Source: Bdellovibrio sp.
GTDB lineage: Bacteria; Bdellovibrionota; Bdellovibrionia; Bdellovibrionales; Bdellovibrionaceae
NCBI GenBank assembly: GCA_046318155.1
Contig: JBKCUU010000029.1
Location: 1-46,183 of the forward strand
Reading direction: 5' to 3'
DNA length: 46,183 nt
The notes under the pieces were generated by a model that was not told the origin of the DNA, ran no database searches, and worked only from the letters and a program-made list of their open reading frames with translations. This document shows, piece after piece, positions 1-9,567 of this stretch (position 1 is the first letter of the stretch; each line of letters opens with the position of its first letter). The translations under genes were made by a program, and so were the position numbers.

Positions 1-118
1 CTTCGGAAATGCTTCGAAATATCGTGAAATACTGATCCACTCGATTTTCTAAATGAAATTAAGCCGCTACCGCGACTTTACTAAGTTTTTTTTGGGTCTA
101 AATTTTTGGAAGGAAAAT

Positions 119-194
119 TGGATGGGGTGGGAGGACTCGAACCTCCGAATGGCAGAATCAAAATCTGCAGACTTACCAACTTGTCGACACCCCA
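119..194 (-). tRNA. tRNA-Gln (anticodon UUG), CCA encoded
   Basis: Reverse complement folds as a cloverleaf: acceptor TGGGGTG/CACCCCA, anticodon arm GCAGA-TTTTGAT-TCTGC, T arm GGAGG-TTCGAGT-CCTCC, 3' TCCA. Confidence 0.96.
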
Positions 195-213
195 ACCGAG
201 CGGACGAGTTCAC

Positions 214-242
214 AAATTAGAGAATTCTCGCTCGAGTGGCAA
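214..242 (-). promoter_or_regulatory. Sigma70-like promoter for tRNA-Gln
   Basis: TTGCCA-17 bp-TAATTT about 20 bp upstream of the tRNA 5' end. Confidence 0.6.
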
Positions 243-312
243 GATTCCAGGGTCCATGGCGCAACGCAAAAGCCATCAATTGCGGAGGAATACGGCAGTT
301 TAGGTGAGACCG

Positions 313-1371
313 TCAGTAGCGAATTTCGGTGGCGTAGAGAAGATTGATGTTTCGGGAGTTAATGGCTCCCGGCGAATTGTCGTAAATGACCTGGTAAGAG
401 GGGCCAAAACCCCAGTCAAAGTTCTCGGATTTGGAGACCAGGCCAGCGGTGAAGGCCAAATCCGTCCGTCCTTTAAAGTTTTGATACGACGACGACAAGG
501 CCCAGAGGGCCCACTCGCCGCGGTACTCCCAACCGATCGTGGGTTTGTGCGAACCCGCGGTCGAGTAAGAATCCGAGAAAAAAACGGCGCTCCCGGCTCG
601 GCCAATACGCATCCCCGCATTGATCAGCCAATCTTGGTTGCGGTCTAAGAGATAATTCACCTTGTTCTGCGTGTACTCATCACCGATTGTTGTCAGTTGT
701 TGGGTGCTGTTCTCGCCACCTTCACTGATCAGCTGCTGGGGCGATGAAAGAGTCAGACCTAAACGCAGGTTGGGGTACTCCATGATCGCGCCCATCGAAA
801 GGGCGTAATTCAAGCCCTGGTAAGACCCTTGCTGAACCGAGAGCGTTTTGTCAGCCCCGATGGTGGATGTTGAAATCACCATCGCCTCGGCTTGAGTTTG
901 AATGAGTCGGGTGCCCCAACCCAGTGACCAGTGCTCCGAAATGCGAAGTCCCGCCGCAAGCGTCGCGTTCAATCTTGAAACCTTTGCGCGAACGTCGGCG
1001 TCGGTCGAAGTTCCCCCAGTGTTGGCACTTGCTTGTGAGCGAAAATCAACGTCGACATTTTCGAGATGCAGCACCCATCCGCCCCAGGGTTGGCCGTGCC
1101 CGGTGGCGACGTACAGCGGTTTGATCGCGAGCGGAGAGTCTTGGTTTTGAAAACTAGAATCTTGAACCTCGTAGTAGGTCTTACTCAAAGCGGAGGCCGT
1201 CGCTGAAAAGTTCCATTTGCTGGGAACCCATGCCAACCCTGCAGGTTGATCGGCAATTGAAATTGTTCCAATGGGAGTGACCTTGTCACCTTCAAAGAGA
1301 TGCTCGATCGCGATGCTTGGTAATGAAAAGAGCAGAAAAAAATGAGCAAGCAAAAGTTTTCGAGCGCGCAT
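313..1371 (-). CDS. Outer-membrane beta-barrel protein, FadL/OmpP1-like
   Basis: Signal peptide, PAGLA motif (cf. NPAGL of the FadL family), amphipathic beta-strands, C-terminal aromatic residue (YATEIRY). Confidence 0.6.
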   Translation of the reverse strand: MRARKLLLAHFFLLFSLPSIAIEHLFEGDKVTPIGTISIADQPAGLAWVPSKWNFSATASALSKTYYEVQDSSFQNQDSPLAIKPLYVATGHGQPWGGWVLHLENVDVDFRSQASANTGGTSTDADVRAKVSRLNATLAAGLRISEHWSLGWGTRLIQTQAEAMVISTSTIGADKTLSVQQGSYQGLNYALSMGAIMEYPNLRLGLTLSSPQQLISEGGENSTQQLTTIGDEYTQNKVNYLLDRNQDWLINAGMRIGRAGSAVFFSDSYSTAGSHKPTIGWEYRGEWALWALSSSYQNFKGRTDLAFTAGLVSKSENFDWGFGPSYQVIYDNSPGAINSRNINLLYATEIRY

Positions 1372-1455
1372 GACGCCAAGTTCAGCTTAACGGGACCAAG
1401 CTTGTCGAGTCTTTGTGGCGGGCGTTATTTGATCGGTCAGTTGAAGAAACAGAGC

Positions 1456-1782
1456 TTAGTAATCGTCGCTGCCATCAAAGCTACTGGGCGTCTTTTGGCG
1501 CTTGAGATTCTCGAGTGAAACGCCCATGGCTCTGAGCTCTTTTTCGAACTCGGCAAAGATCGCATCTTCAATCATCGCGCGGGTTTCTTGATTCAGTGGG
1601 TGAGCAATATCGCGAAATTGACCGTCTTTGCGCTTCTTGCTGGGCATCGCCACAAACAAGCCGCTAGTTCCTTGAATCACTTTGAGATCTCGCACAACAA
1701 AGCAATCGTCGAGGGTGATCGAGACATAGGCCTTGAGACGTTCCTCGTTAACCGGAAAGACCTTAACTTCGGTGACCTTCAT
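1456..1782 (-). CDS. spoVG: SpoVG family nucleic-acid-binding protein
   Basis: [11 protein letters not shown]...[21 protein letters not shown]...[25 protein letters not shown] at 1782 preceded by GAGG. Confidence 0.95.
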   Translation of the reverse strand: MKVTEVKVFPVNEERLKAYVSITLDDCFVVRDLKVIQGTSGLFVAMPSKKRKDGQFRDIAHPLNQETRAMIEDAIFAEFEKELRAMGVSLENLKRQKTPSSFDGSDDY

Positions 1783-1824
1783 AGCGTCCTCACTTGATGA
1801 AACCTGATGGTGCTGACACTCATT

Positions 1825-1851
1825 GTATCGGCATGGCGCAGCCAGACTGAA
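1825..1851 (-). promoter_or_regulatory. Candidate sigma28 (FliA)-type promoter upstream of spoVG
   Basis: TTCA-N15-GCCGATAC; near-consensus -10, weak -35. Confidence 0.45.
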
Positions 1852-1905
1852 GTCAGGTCGGGTCACTTCTCAAAATGAGACAAGTTTTTGCTTTGAAGTT
1901 ACTTG

Positions 1906-1948
1906 AAAACAACAAGAGGACTCTTGTCGTGAAACATAAGTCCTCTTG
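1906..1948 (-). terminator. Intrinsic terminator after the Do protease gene
   Basis: CAAGAGGACT...AGTCCTCTTG 10-bp stem followed by TTGTTTT on the minus strand. Confidence 0.6.
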
Positions 1949-1989
1949 AGGTTGGTTTATAGCTAATGACAAAATTGTTTAGATCAAGG

Positions 1990-3417
1990 CTAGAGAACCA
2001 AAAAGAGCACGCTGCCTTGGCGGGCCACGCGCAGGGTGTTCTTTCCTTTTTTGAGTTCTTTCGTCACATCGCTGGGTTTTTTTACTTCTTTGCGGTTCAC
2101 GTCCAAAATCACGTCGCCAGGAAGCAGGCCCGCGCGCGCTGATTTCGACCCTGGAGTGACTTCAACGACGACGGGTCTGGTGACATCACTGTCGAGTTCG
2201 AAATTGCGGCGGATTTGATCATTGGGCTCGGCCAAAGAAAACCCCAAATCAGAATCGCTCAAGACTCCGGCGGCTTTGTCGAGTTTGGGCGTGGGTGGGA
2301 GGCGCACCTGCTCGGGCCGCTCACCAATTTTAACTGTGAGGGTGCGCTCTTTGCCGTCGCGGATAATTTTTACTTTCACATCGCGGCCAATCTCGGCATC
2401 GGCCACTTGGTCCATCAGCTCGCTGATGCCGCGAACTTTTCGTCCACCAAATTCAGTGACGACGTCATAGGGACGAAAGCCGGCTTTGTTTGCTGGACCT
2501 TTGGGATCGACTTGCGCGATCACCGCGCCGTCGAGATCGTCTTTGCCCAGTTCCATCGCAATTTGGGGATTTAAGGGAGCAAGTCCCGCACCCAAGTAGC
2601 CTTTGCGGATACGGCCAATTTTTTCGAGCTGAGGTAAAATGGATTTCACCTCATCAATCGGGATCGCAAATCCAATTCCTTGCGCGCGGGCATCAATTGC
2701 CGAGTTCACACCGATAACTTGACCGCGCAAATTGACCAGCGGCCCGCCCGAGTTGCCGGGGTTGATCGGAGCATCGGTTTGAATGAGAGGAAATTTGTTG
2801 ATCTCGCCAATGTCGCGGCCTTTGGCTGAGATGATCCCTTTTGTCATCGTGTGACCTTGGCCGAAGGGGTTTCCGAAAGCGGCAACCCATTCGCCGACTT
2901 CACTGTCTTTGGAGTTACCCATTTGCACGGTCGGAAAATTTTTGCCTTCAATTTTGATCAGAGCGATATCCGTGCGGTCATCACTGCCGATGAGAGTTGC
3001 CTCGTACATCTTGTCGCCTTTTTCATCGAACTGAACTTGGATCTTGTCGGCACTGGCGATGACGTGATTGTTGGTGATGATCAAGCCGTCTTCACGAATG
3101 ACAAAGCCTGTGCCGAGCGCCGTCTGCGGGCGCTGTTGCTGCGGCATCATACGAAAGCCATAAAATTGCTCGAGCATGTCAAAAAACGGATCGCGCTGTT
3201 GCCCGCGGTTCATCTTGCGGGGAGCAAAGGATGTCGAAATATTGACGACGGCGGGGTTGACCAACTTTGCAAGTTCAACAAAAGCGTTAGCCGATAGGGG
3301 CTCGCCGGCCTTGATGATCGGCGGCTTTTGCGCATAGGCAAAACCTTGAAACAAAAATGTGAAGGCGGCAATGATCAGAAGTAAATGTGGTCTGTTGTAT
3401 TTCACGACATCTTTCAT
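1990..3417 (-). CDS. Do/DegP/DegQ family periplasmic serine endoprotease with two PDZ domains
   Basis: TNNHV, DIALIK and GNSGGPL catalytic triad motifs; signal peptide; two PDZ-like C-terminal domains. Confidence 0.95.
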   Translation of the reverse strand: MKDVVKYNRPHLLLIIAAFTFLFQGFAYAQKPPIIKAGEPLSANAFVELAKLVNPAVVNISTSFAPRKMNRGQQRDPFFDMLEQFYGFRMMPQQQRPQTALGTGFVIREDGLIITNNHVIASADKIQVQFDEKGDKMYEATLIGSDDRTDIALIKIEGKNFPTVQMGNSKDSEVGEWVAAFGNPFGQGHTMTKGIISAKGRDIGEINKFPLIQTDAPINPGNSGGPLVNLRGQVIGVNSAIDARAQGIGFAIPIDEVKSILPQLEKIGRIRKGYLGAGLAPLNPQIAMELGKDDLDGAVIAQVDPKGPANKAGFRPYDVVTEFGGRKVRGISELMDQVADAEIGRDVKVKIIRDGKERTLTVKIGERPEQVRLPPTPKLDKAAGVLSDSDLGFSLAEPNDQIRRNFELDSDVTRPVVVEVTPGSKSARAGLLPGDVILDVNRKEVKKPSDVTKELKKGKNTLRVARQGSVLFLVL

Positions 3418-3431
3418 GTATATCCCCTTTC

Positions 3432-3707
3432 TTAGTCTTTCAATTGAACGAATTTCATTTGCAAATCCGAGAGGAGTGCATCTAAAAAACCCGCCTCGTC
3501 TGCGCCCAAATTGCCCTTTGTTTTTTCTTTAAGAACCATGAGCAGGTCAATGTTAAAACGGGCCATCGGCTTGTCGATTTGAGTCTGACCAGTCGCCGGA
3601 TCAGGCGCCAGTCCCATGGACATCACCGCGCTCGAGGCCAGGCTCGTGAGCAAGACAGAGAAGTTGGCTTGGAAATTGGCAGGATTGTTGGATTCGGTTT
3701 GAGTCAT
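3432..3707 (-). CDS. DUF1844-like small protein
   Basis: FS.LL.SLA..A...MG...DP.TG...ARFNIDLL.VLKEKTKGNL pattern. Confidence 0.8.
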   Translation of the reverse strand: MTQTESNNPANFQANFSVLLTSLASSAVMSMGLAPDPATGQTQIDKPMARFNIDLLMVLKEKTKGNLGADEAGFLDALLSDLQMKFVQLKD

Positions 3708-3731
3708 TTCAGCTCCTTGGTCAGTTAAATA

Positions 3732-4577
3732 TTATACAGAGTCAGTTCCGATCAGGCGGCGAATGCGCACTTCGATACCGGGGTGGCTTTCGAGCCACCG
3801 GCTGCGAGACATTTTGCTTTGTGGGTTCACGACAAAGTAATGGCTCGTGCACGGGGGCAATTGATAGGGCTGCGTGCGCGAAAGCCCATCAAGCTTCCAA
3901 AGTGCTTCGGCTAAAACTTTTTTATTTCGCACCAATCGGACAGCCAAATCATCGTTTTTAAAACAAGATTTGTCGTTGACCGAAAATCTTAAGATCAACC
4001 AAGCCAGGGGAGAAAGCGCGCCTAAGAAAGGCTCTTGTTTTTGCTTGAGCCAAAAATTGGGAACCCAAAGGTAATCCAAAAAGTGGGCAAAACCCAAGAC
4101 GAGTCTGGCGCAGCCGGCAATGGCACCAAAGCGAAAGCTGTCCATGTGATTCAGATGTCCGAGCTGGTGCGCAAGCACGGCTTCGATCTCGGGGCCGCTC
4201 AGTTTTTGCAACAAACCAGTTGAGAGAACCACGCGTCCACGTCGCCAAGGTTGTCCGACCGAGAACGCCAGTGCCGAGGGCGAATCAACCAATGACAACT
4301 CTGGGGAGTGCAAACCAATGCGGAAGCTGAGGTCGGCGAGTTTTTCGTTGAGATCCCATGGATCTTGACCTTTCACAGGAGAGGCCTGAATGGTTCTCAT
4401 CAACCGAGAGTCGCCAAAGACAAATAAAAACACGTGCAGGCAAAGGGTCGTGAGTAAACCAAGGAACAGACCGAACCGGTCGCCCAGTTGATAACCGGTC
4501 ACCAGACACAACAATGAAACGATAATTAGAAAAAGCCAGACTTGCGTCGAGGCCGACAGTATTCTCATGTCGATCAT
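3732..4577 (-). CDS. HtpX-like M48 family membrane protein with degenerate active site
   Basis: HtpX layout (two N-terminal TMs, STGLLQKL..EIEAVLAH, C-terminal SHP...RI.RL) but HEXXH reads HQLGH. Confidence 0.8.
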   Translation of the reverse strand: MIDMRILSASTQVWLFLIIVSLLCLVTGYQLGDRFGLFLGLLTTLCLHVFLFVFGDSRLMRTIQASPVKGQDPWDLNEKLADLSFRIGLHSPELSLVDSPSALAFSVGQPWRRGRVVLSTGLLQKLSGPEIEAVLAHQLGHLNHMDSFRFGAIAGCARLVLGFAHFLDYLWVPNFWLKQKQEPFLGALSPLAWLILRFSVNDKSCFKNDDLAVRLVRNKKVLAEALWKLDGLSRTQPYQLPPCTSHYFVVNPQSKMSRSRWLESHPGIEVRIRRLIGTDSV

Positions 4578-4737
4578 TGTCTGTCAGAAGAGGCGCAGCA
4601 TTCAACTTTGATTTTGCGCGGCATTAAATCGTTCTCATCAAGGGTGCTTCGGCTTGCCCCCTCCGGGCCCTCAATGTGAAATAGGAGAACCTCGTGAAAT
4701 GAAACCGCCAAGTTTTAAGCGTCTGGGAGGACTGGGT

Positions 4738-5727
4738 ATGGAAACGGATATCATGGCTTTGAATGCTGCGATCAAGCAAGAGTCGCAATTTGTCGATCGG
4801 ATGCTGGCTGAGGTTGGTAAAGTCGTCGTGGGTCAAAAAGACATGGTTGAGGGCATTCTGATGGGCCTTTTGACCGGAGGCCACGTTTTACTTGAAGGGG
4901 TGCCAGGTTTGGCGAAAACCCTGACGATCTCAACGGTTTCAAAAACGATCTCGCTTAATTTTAACCGCATTCAGTTCACGCCCGATTTGCTCCCAACCGA
5001 TTTGATCGGAACCATGATTTTTAATCCCAAATCCGGTGAGTTCACGGCAAAAAAGGGTCCCATCTTTACCAACATCGTTTTGGCTGATGAGATCAACCGT
5101 GCGCCCGCCAAAGTTCAGTCGGCACTTCTTGAGGCCATGGCCGAGAAGCAAGTCACGATCGGTGAGGCTTCGTACAAACTCGAAAGTCCATTTTTGGTCT
5201 TGGCCACGCAGAATCCTTTGGAGCAAGAGGGAACCTATCCACTCCCCGAGGCCCAGATGGATCGCTTCATGTTCAAGATCAACGTGGGTTACCCGACAAA
5301 AGGCGATGAGCTTGAAATCGTCAACCGCATGGGGGTCAGTGAGCGCCCCGAGCTTCAATCCGTGATCACACAAGAAGATTTGATGCGAGCCGCAAGTCGT
5401 GTCGATCAAATCTACGTTGATAGCAAAGTCAAAAACTACATCGTTGATATCGTGATGGCTTCACGCAAACCCAAAGATTACGGACTGGCTTCAATCGCCA
5501 ATCTTTTGCAAGTCGGTGGGTCTCCGCGTGCCAGCATCGCGTTGATCCGTTCGGCAAAAGCGAACGCGTTTTTGCGCGGACGCGGCTACGTCACCGCCGA
5601 AGACGTCAAAGCTGTGGCTTACAACGTACTGCGCCACCGATTGATTCTGACTTACGAAGCTGAGGCTGAAAATATCAAATCAGACCAAGTCATCCAGGAG
5701 ATTCTGAGCCACGTCGAGGTGCCATGA
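4738..5727 (+). CDS. moxR: MoxR family AAA+ ATPase
   Basis: GVPGLAKT Walker A, RIQFTPDLLP, LADEINRAPAKVQSALLEAM, ATQNP.EQEGTYPLPEAQ.DRF; GGAGG before ATG 4738. Confidence 0.95.
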   Translation: METDIMALNAAIKQESQFVDRMLAEVGKVVVGQKDMVEGILMGLLTGGHVLLEGVPGLAKTLTISTVSKTISLNFNRIQFTPDLLPTDLIGTMIFNPKSGEFTAKKGPIFTNIVLADEINRAPAKVQSALLEAMAEKQVTIGEASYKLESPFLVLATQNPLEQEGTYPLPEAQMDRFMFKINVGYPTKGDELEIVNRMGVSERPELQSVITQEDLMRAASRVDQIYVDSKVKNYIVDIVMASRKPKDYGLASIANLLQVGGSPRASIALIRSAKANAFLRGRGYVTAEDVKAVAYNVLRHRLILTYEAEAENIKSDQVIQEILSHVEVP

Positions 5728-6605
5728 TGTCGGTTCCAGCTGAGATCCTGAAAAAGGTGAAGCTGCTGGAGATTCGTACGCGGAAAATCGTCAACAACGT
5801 GTTCGCGGGCGAATACCACACGGTCTTTAAAGGCCAGGGGATGACCTTTGCTGAATTTCGTGAATACGTCCCCGGCGATGATGTTCGTTCGATTAGTTGG
5901 ACGCTGACGGCGCGAACAGGCAAACCCTATATCAAAAAGTATGATGAAGAACGTGAGCTCTCGGTGATCTTGGCCGTTGATATCAGTGGCTCGACCGATT
6001 TTGGTTCTGGCGACTATTTTAAGGGCGAAGTCATGACTCACGTGTCGGCACTGCTGGCATTTAGTGCGGTTAAAAACAAGGACCAAGTGGGTCTGCTTTT
6101 GTTTACGGATCAAGTTGAGCATTACGTTCCCCCCGGCAAAGGCCGCGGGCACGTACACCGAGTTTTGCGCGACCTTTACTATCACAAGCCAAAACATCAC
6201 AAAACAGATTTGCGGGCGGCGCTGGCACACCTTCGCGGTGTCATGAAAAAAAAGGCCACCATTTTTGTGATCTCTGATTTTATTGCCGACAACTACGATC
6301 AGCCTTTGCGGCAATTGGGCCGCAAGCACGACGTGATTGCGCTGGTTGTGCGAGACCGGCTTGAGCGAGAACTGCCGGATTTAGGCGTTGTTGATTTTCA
6401 GGATGCCGAATCGGGCGAAATCGTGACCGTCGACACCAGCTCGCCCTCGTTTCGACAAGTGTTTGAGACGGCGACAAAAAAACGCGCTGAAGAGCGAGAC
6501 CGCGCTTTGAAGAATGCGCAAGTCGACCGCGTTGATCTGGATGCCTCGGATTCTTTTGTGGACCCACTCATCGAATATTTTCGCCGACGAAGGACTCGAA
6601 GTTAA
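5724..6605 (+). CDS. DUF58 domain protein (MoxR-associated)
   Basis: G.GMTFAEFREYVPGDDVRSI.W..TAR, DISGS, VISDF. Confidence 0.92.
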   Translation: MMSVPAEILKKVKLLEIRTRKIVNNVFAGEYHTVFKGQGMTFAEFREYVPGDDVRSISWTLTARTGKPYIKKYDEERELSVILAVDISGSTDFGSGDYFKGEVMTHVSALLAFSAVKNKDQVGLLLFTDQVEHYVPPGKGRGHVHRVLRDLYYHKPKHHKTDLRAALAHLRGVMKKKATIFVISDFIADNYDQPLRQLGRKHDVIALVVRDRLERELPDLGVVDFQDAESGEIVTVDTSSPSFRQVFETATKKRAEERDRALKNAQVDRVDLDASDSFVDPLIEYFRRRRTRS

Positions 6606-7480
6606 TGGCAGAACTGCAGTGTACAGTTCAAAAAATTCTTAACCCTGACGATCCGACGGTGACCGTTGGTGAGCGGTTTTTATTGACCTGCTCGGGCGTA
6701 GTTCCTGACTTTGAAGTCAAAACGGCTGAACTTCGTCTGGATGAAAAAGAAAAATACACGCTCAAGCTTTTAAGGCTCGAGAAAAAATCAGCGTCTGAAC
6801 TTCAACTCGAGGTCTTAAGTGATCGCGTCGGCAAACACGAGCTTCAGGCCGTACCACTGGTTGATGCCACGCAGTCGGTTGTTTTGCAAAATCTGCAGTT
6901 TGAAGTTCGCTCCACTCAAGACCCACAAAACCCAGTGCAAGAGCCTTACGGCAGCATGGGGCCCCTGAGCTTGATGGTCCCTTGGTCTTACTGGATGGGT
7001 TTGGTCGCCGTGATTAGTCTCATCTGTATTTTGATCGCTTGGCGCCTTCTTCGCCGGAGCGAGCGCCGCAAACAAATGAATCAAATTCTCGATCGATCTT
7101 CTTCCTCCACTCCTGAGGGTGAGCTTTTTCAAAAAATCCGTCAGGTGCAGCGCCAAGCTGATTTTCTCATGCGGCCTGAGGGGCTCGTGCCTGCGGGCGA
7201 TGCGGCGCAAGCGCTGGGCGAGATTGACCGTGCTTACCGCGTCTTTTTAAGTCGCCTTTACTTAATTCCGGTCGCCAGTTGGAACAGCTCGGTCTCGCTG
7301 AGAGCAATCGATCGTGAGCAGGCCCACTTGAGCGAAAAGAATCGCAAGTTTATCGCCAAAGTTTTACGAGAGCTCGACCGCGCCCAGACGGCGGAGCTTC
7401 GCAGCCGTGATTTGGGACAGTTAATCGAGTGGATTGGTGAGAGCGCTGGGCTCGCCGTGAAAGAGGGGGCCAAGAGCTAA
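6605..7480 (+). CDS. Bat-operon membrane protein (Ig-like domain, TM, helical tail)
   Basis: Coupled between DUF58 and BatA; single TM followed by basic residues. Confidence 0.65.
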   Translation: MAELQCTVQKILNPDDPTVTVGERFLLTCSGVVPDFEVKTAELRLDEKEKYTLKLLRLEKKSASELQLEVLSDRVGKHELQAVPLVDATQSVVLQNLQFEVRSTQDPQNPVQEPYGSMGPLSLMVPWSYWMGLVAVISLICILIAWRLLRRSERRKQMNQILDRSSSSTPEGELFQKIRQVQRQADFLMRPEGLVPAGDAAQALGEIDRAYRVFLSRLYLIPVASWNSSVSLRAIDREQAHLSEKNRKFIAKVLRELDRAQTAELRSRDLGQLIEWIGESAGLAVKEGAKS

Positions 7481-8502
7481 TGGAATCGAGCTTGGTCTTT
7501 GCTTCGCCCGAAGCTTTTTTACTGCTGATCCCCTTGGCGCTCTTGTTTGCATGGGAGTGGTGGTTTGAGCAACAAAAACGCCCAACGCTTCAGTACTCTT
7601 CGCTGAAGCTTTTTGAAGCGCTCACGCCCACCATGCGAGTTCGGCTGATGCGTCTGCCTGATCTTTTAAAATTGGCAGCGCTGACATTTTTGATTCTTTC
7701 GCTGGCGCGGCCGCAAAAAGCCGATACGCAGGTAAAGCGCAACGTCGAGGGGATTGATATCATGATTACTCTTGATATCTCAGATTCGATGTTGATCGAG
7801 GACATGAAGCCGCTCAACCGACTTGAAGCGGCAAAAGAGACCATCGTGTCATTTGTGCGTGGTCGTTCGAGTGATCGCATCGGTGTTGTGATCTTTGCCG
7901 GTGAGTCTTTTACATTGGTTCCGCTCACCTTGGATTATGATTTGATTATCTCGCGCGTGTCTGAAGTGACAACCGCGCAGCAAGCCCGCATTAAAGACGG
8001 GACGGCGCTGGGTGTTTCGCTCGCGAACGCCGCTGGAAGGCTCAAAGATTCGACAGCAAAAACCCGCGTCGTGATTTTTATGACGGATGGTGAAAACAAC
8101 TCAGGCACCATCGATCCCGAGACGGGTCTTTCGATCGCGGCCGGCTACGGTGTCAAAATTTATTCGATCGGGATGGGCCGTAGCGGTCCCACGCGGATTC
8201 CTGTGTACACGCGTGATGTCTTTGGGAATAAAATCAAGACCTACCAGCCTTTTGAGAGCACCGTGAATGATGACCTGCTGAGCCGGATGGCTTCAGAAAC
8301 AGGCGGAAAATATTTTAGGGCCTCAAAAGAAGATTCACTGAAAGGCGTCTTCACGGAGATCGACGGGCTCGAGAAAACTAAAATCGATGTGAACAAGTAT
8401 GTCAGGTACACCGAGCTGTTTCCGCAATTTTTGTTTTGGGCGATCGTGCTTTATTTGGTTGCACTTGGATTTCGTCTGACTTGGTTAAGGAGGCTGCCTT
8501 AA
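7480..8502 (+). CDS. batA: BatA-like VWA domain protein
   Basis: N-terminal F..P..L TM motif, LARPQ, MIDAS DISDS, TDGENN, C-terminal TM. Confidence 0.88.
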   Translation: MESSLVFASPEAFLLLIPLALLFAWEWWFEQQKRPTLQYSSLKLFEALTPTMRVRLMRLPDLLKLAALTFLILSLARPQKADTQVKRNVEGIDIMITLDISDSMLIEDMKPLNRLEAAKETIVSFVRGRSSDRIGVVIFAGESFTLVPLTLDYDLIISRVSEVTTAQQARIKDGTALGVSLANAAGRLKDSTAKTRVVIFMTDGENNSGTIDPETGLSIAAGYGVKIYSIGMGRSGPTRIPVYTRDVFGNKIKTYQPFESTVNDDLLSRMASETGGKYFRASKEDSLKGVFTEIDGLEKTKIDVNKYVRYTELFPQFLFWAIVLYLVALGFRLTWLRRLP

Positions 8503-9567
8503 ATGTTTCGATTTGAAAACCCTTCGGCTTTTGTTTGGCTCTTGAGCATCCTTGCTCTGGTGATTGTCTTTGCGGTGACGACAAGACTCATCCGTCGCCG
8601 GCTTGAGAAACAGCTGGGAGGGCGGGTCACGCCGCTACTGACGGCCTCTATTTCTTGGTCGCGCCGGCGTTGGAAGTTGTTTTTTCAGTGCCTGTGTCTG
8701 CTGTTTTTAGTTCTGGCCTACGCGCGCCCGCAGTCTGGTCAAAGTAAACAAGAGATTCGCTCTGAAGGTGTGGAGCTCATCTTTTTAGCCGATGTCTCTG
8801 ACAGTATGATGGCCGAAGACGTCAAGCCCAACCGATTGGGACAAATGCGCGCTGAGCTCTCGCGGCTGATCGACTTGATGAGTGGCAATAAAATAGGACT
8901 CATTGGCTTTGCAGGATCGGCCACGGTCATGTCGCCGCTGACGACAGATCCAGCCGCTCTTAAAATGTATGTCGACTCACTCTCGCCCTTGTCGGTCTCG
9001 TCGCAAGGGACCAATTTTCAGGCGGCTTTAATGGCTGCCGATGAAGCTTTCGATCGCGGCGGCGTTGGCCAAGATGAAACGACGCGAGTCACGCGCGTGA
9101 TCGTCGTGGCTTCAGATGGTGAAGACCACGAGCCCGGCGCTTTGGAACTTGCGCGCAAATTGACCGACAAAGGGATTCGAATTTTTGGACTGGTTTACGG
9201 GACCGAAAAGGGTGGGACGATCCCGGAACGTGACAGCCTCGGGTTTCTAAAAGGTTACAAAAAAGACAACAGCAATCAAACCGTAACCACCAAAGTAAAC
9301 GGCGAGGCCATTCAGGCCTTGGCCGAAGCGGGCAAGGGTGAATCTTTTTTTGCCACAGCTGGCGGCAATCATTTGCCCCGGTTGGTGAACGCCGTTGATC
9401 GGCTTGAAAAAACGCAATTCGAGTCCCAGGTGGCCACGCAGTACGATGAAAAGTTTCAGGTCCTGCTCCTCGTGGCCCTGTTGCTGGCCATGGCCGAAAT
9501 TCTTCTCGGGGAGCGCAAACGGTCTTATCGCTTGTGGCGCGGCCGCTTTGAGGTTCCACCCGCATGA
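8503..9567 (+). CDS. batB: BatB-like VWA domain protein
   Basis: MFRFENP, ARPQ.G, DVSDSMMAEDVKPNRL, SDGEDHE. Confidence 0.88.
   Translation: MFRFENPSAFVWLLSILALVIVFAVTTRLIRRRLEKQLGGRVTPLLTASISWSRRRWKLFFQCLCLLFLVLAYARPQSGQSKQEIRSEGVELIFLADVSDSMMAEDVKPNRLGQMRAELSRLIDLMSGNKIGLIGFAGSATVMSPLTTDPAALKMYVDSLSPLSVSSQGTNFQAALMAADEAFDRGGVGQDETTRVTRVIVVASDGEDHEPGALELARKLTDKGIRIFGLVYGTEKGGTIPERDSLGFLKGYKKDNSNQTVTTKVNGEAIQALAEAGKGESFFATAGGNHLPRLVNAVDRLEKTQFESQVATQYDEKFQVLLLVALLLAMAEILLGERKRSYRLWRGRFEVPPA

Noticed and set aside
1..30. Short imperfect CTTCG(G)AAAT repeats at the window start
   Set aside because: Too short and cut by the window edge to interpret
106..303. 65-aa ORF on the plus strand
   Set aside because: Antisense to the tRNA-Gln and its promoter; spurious
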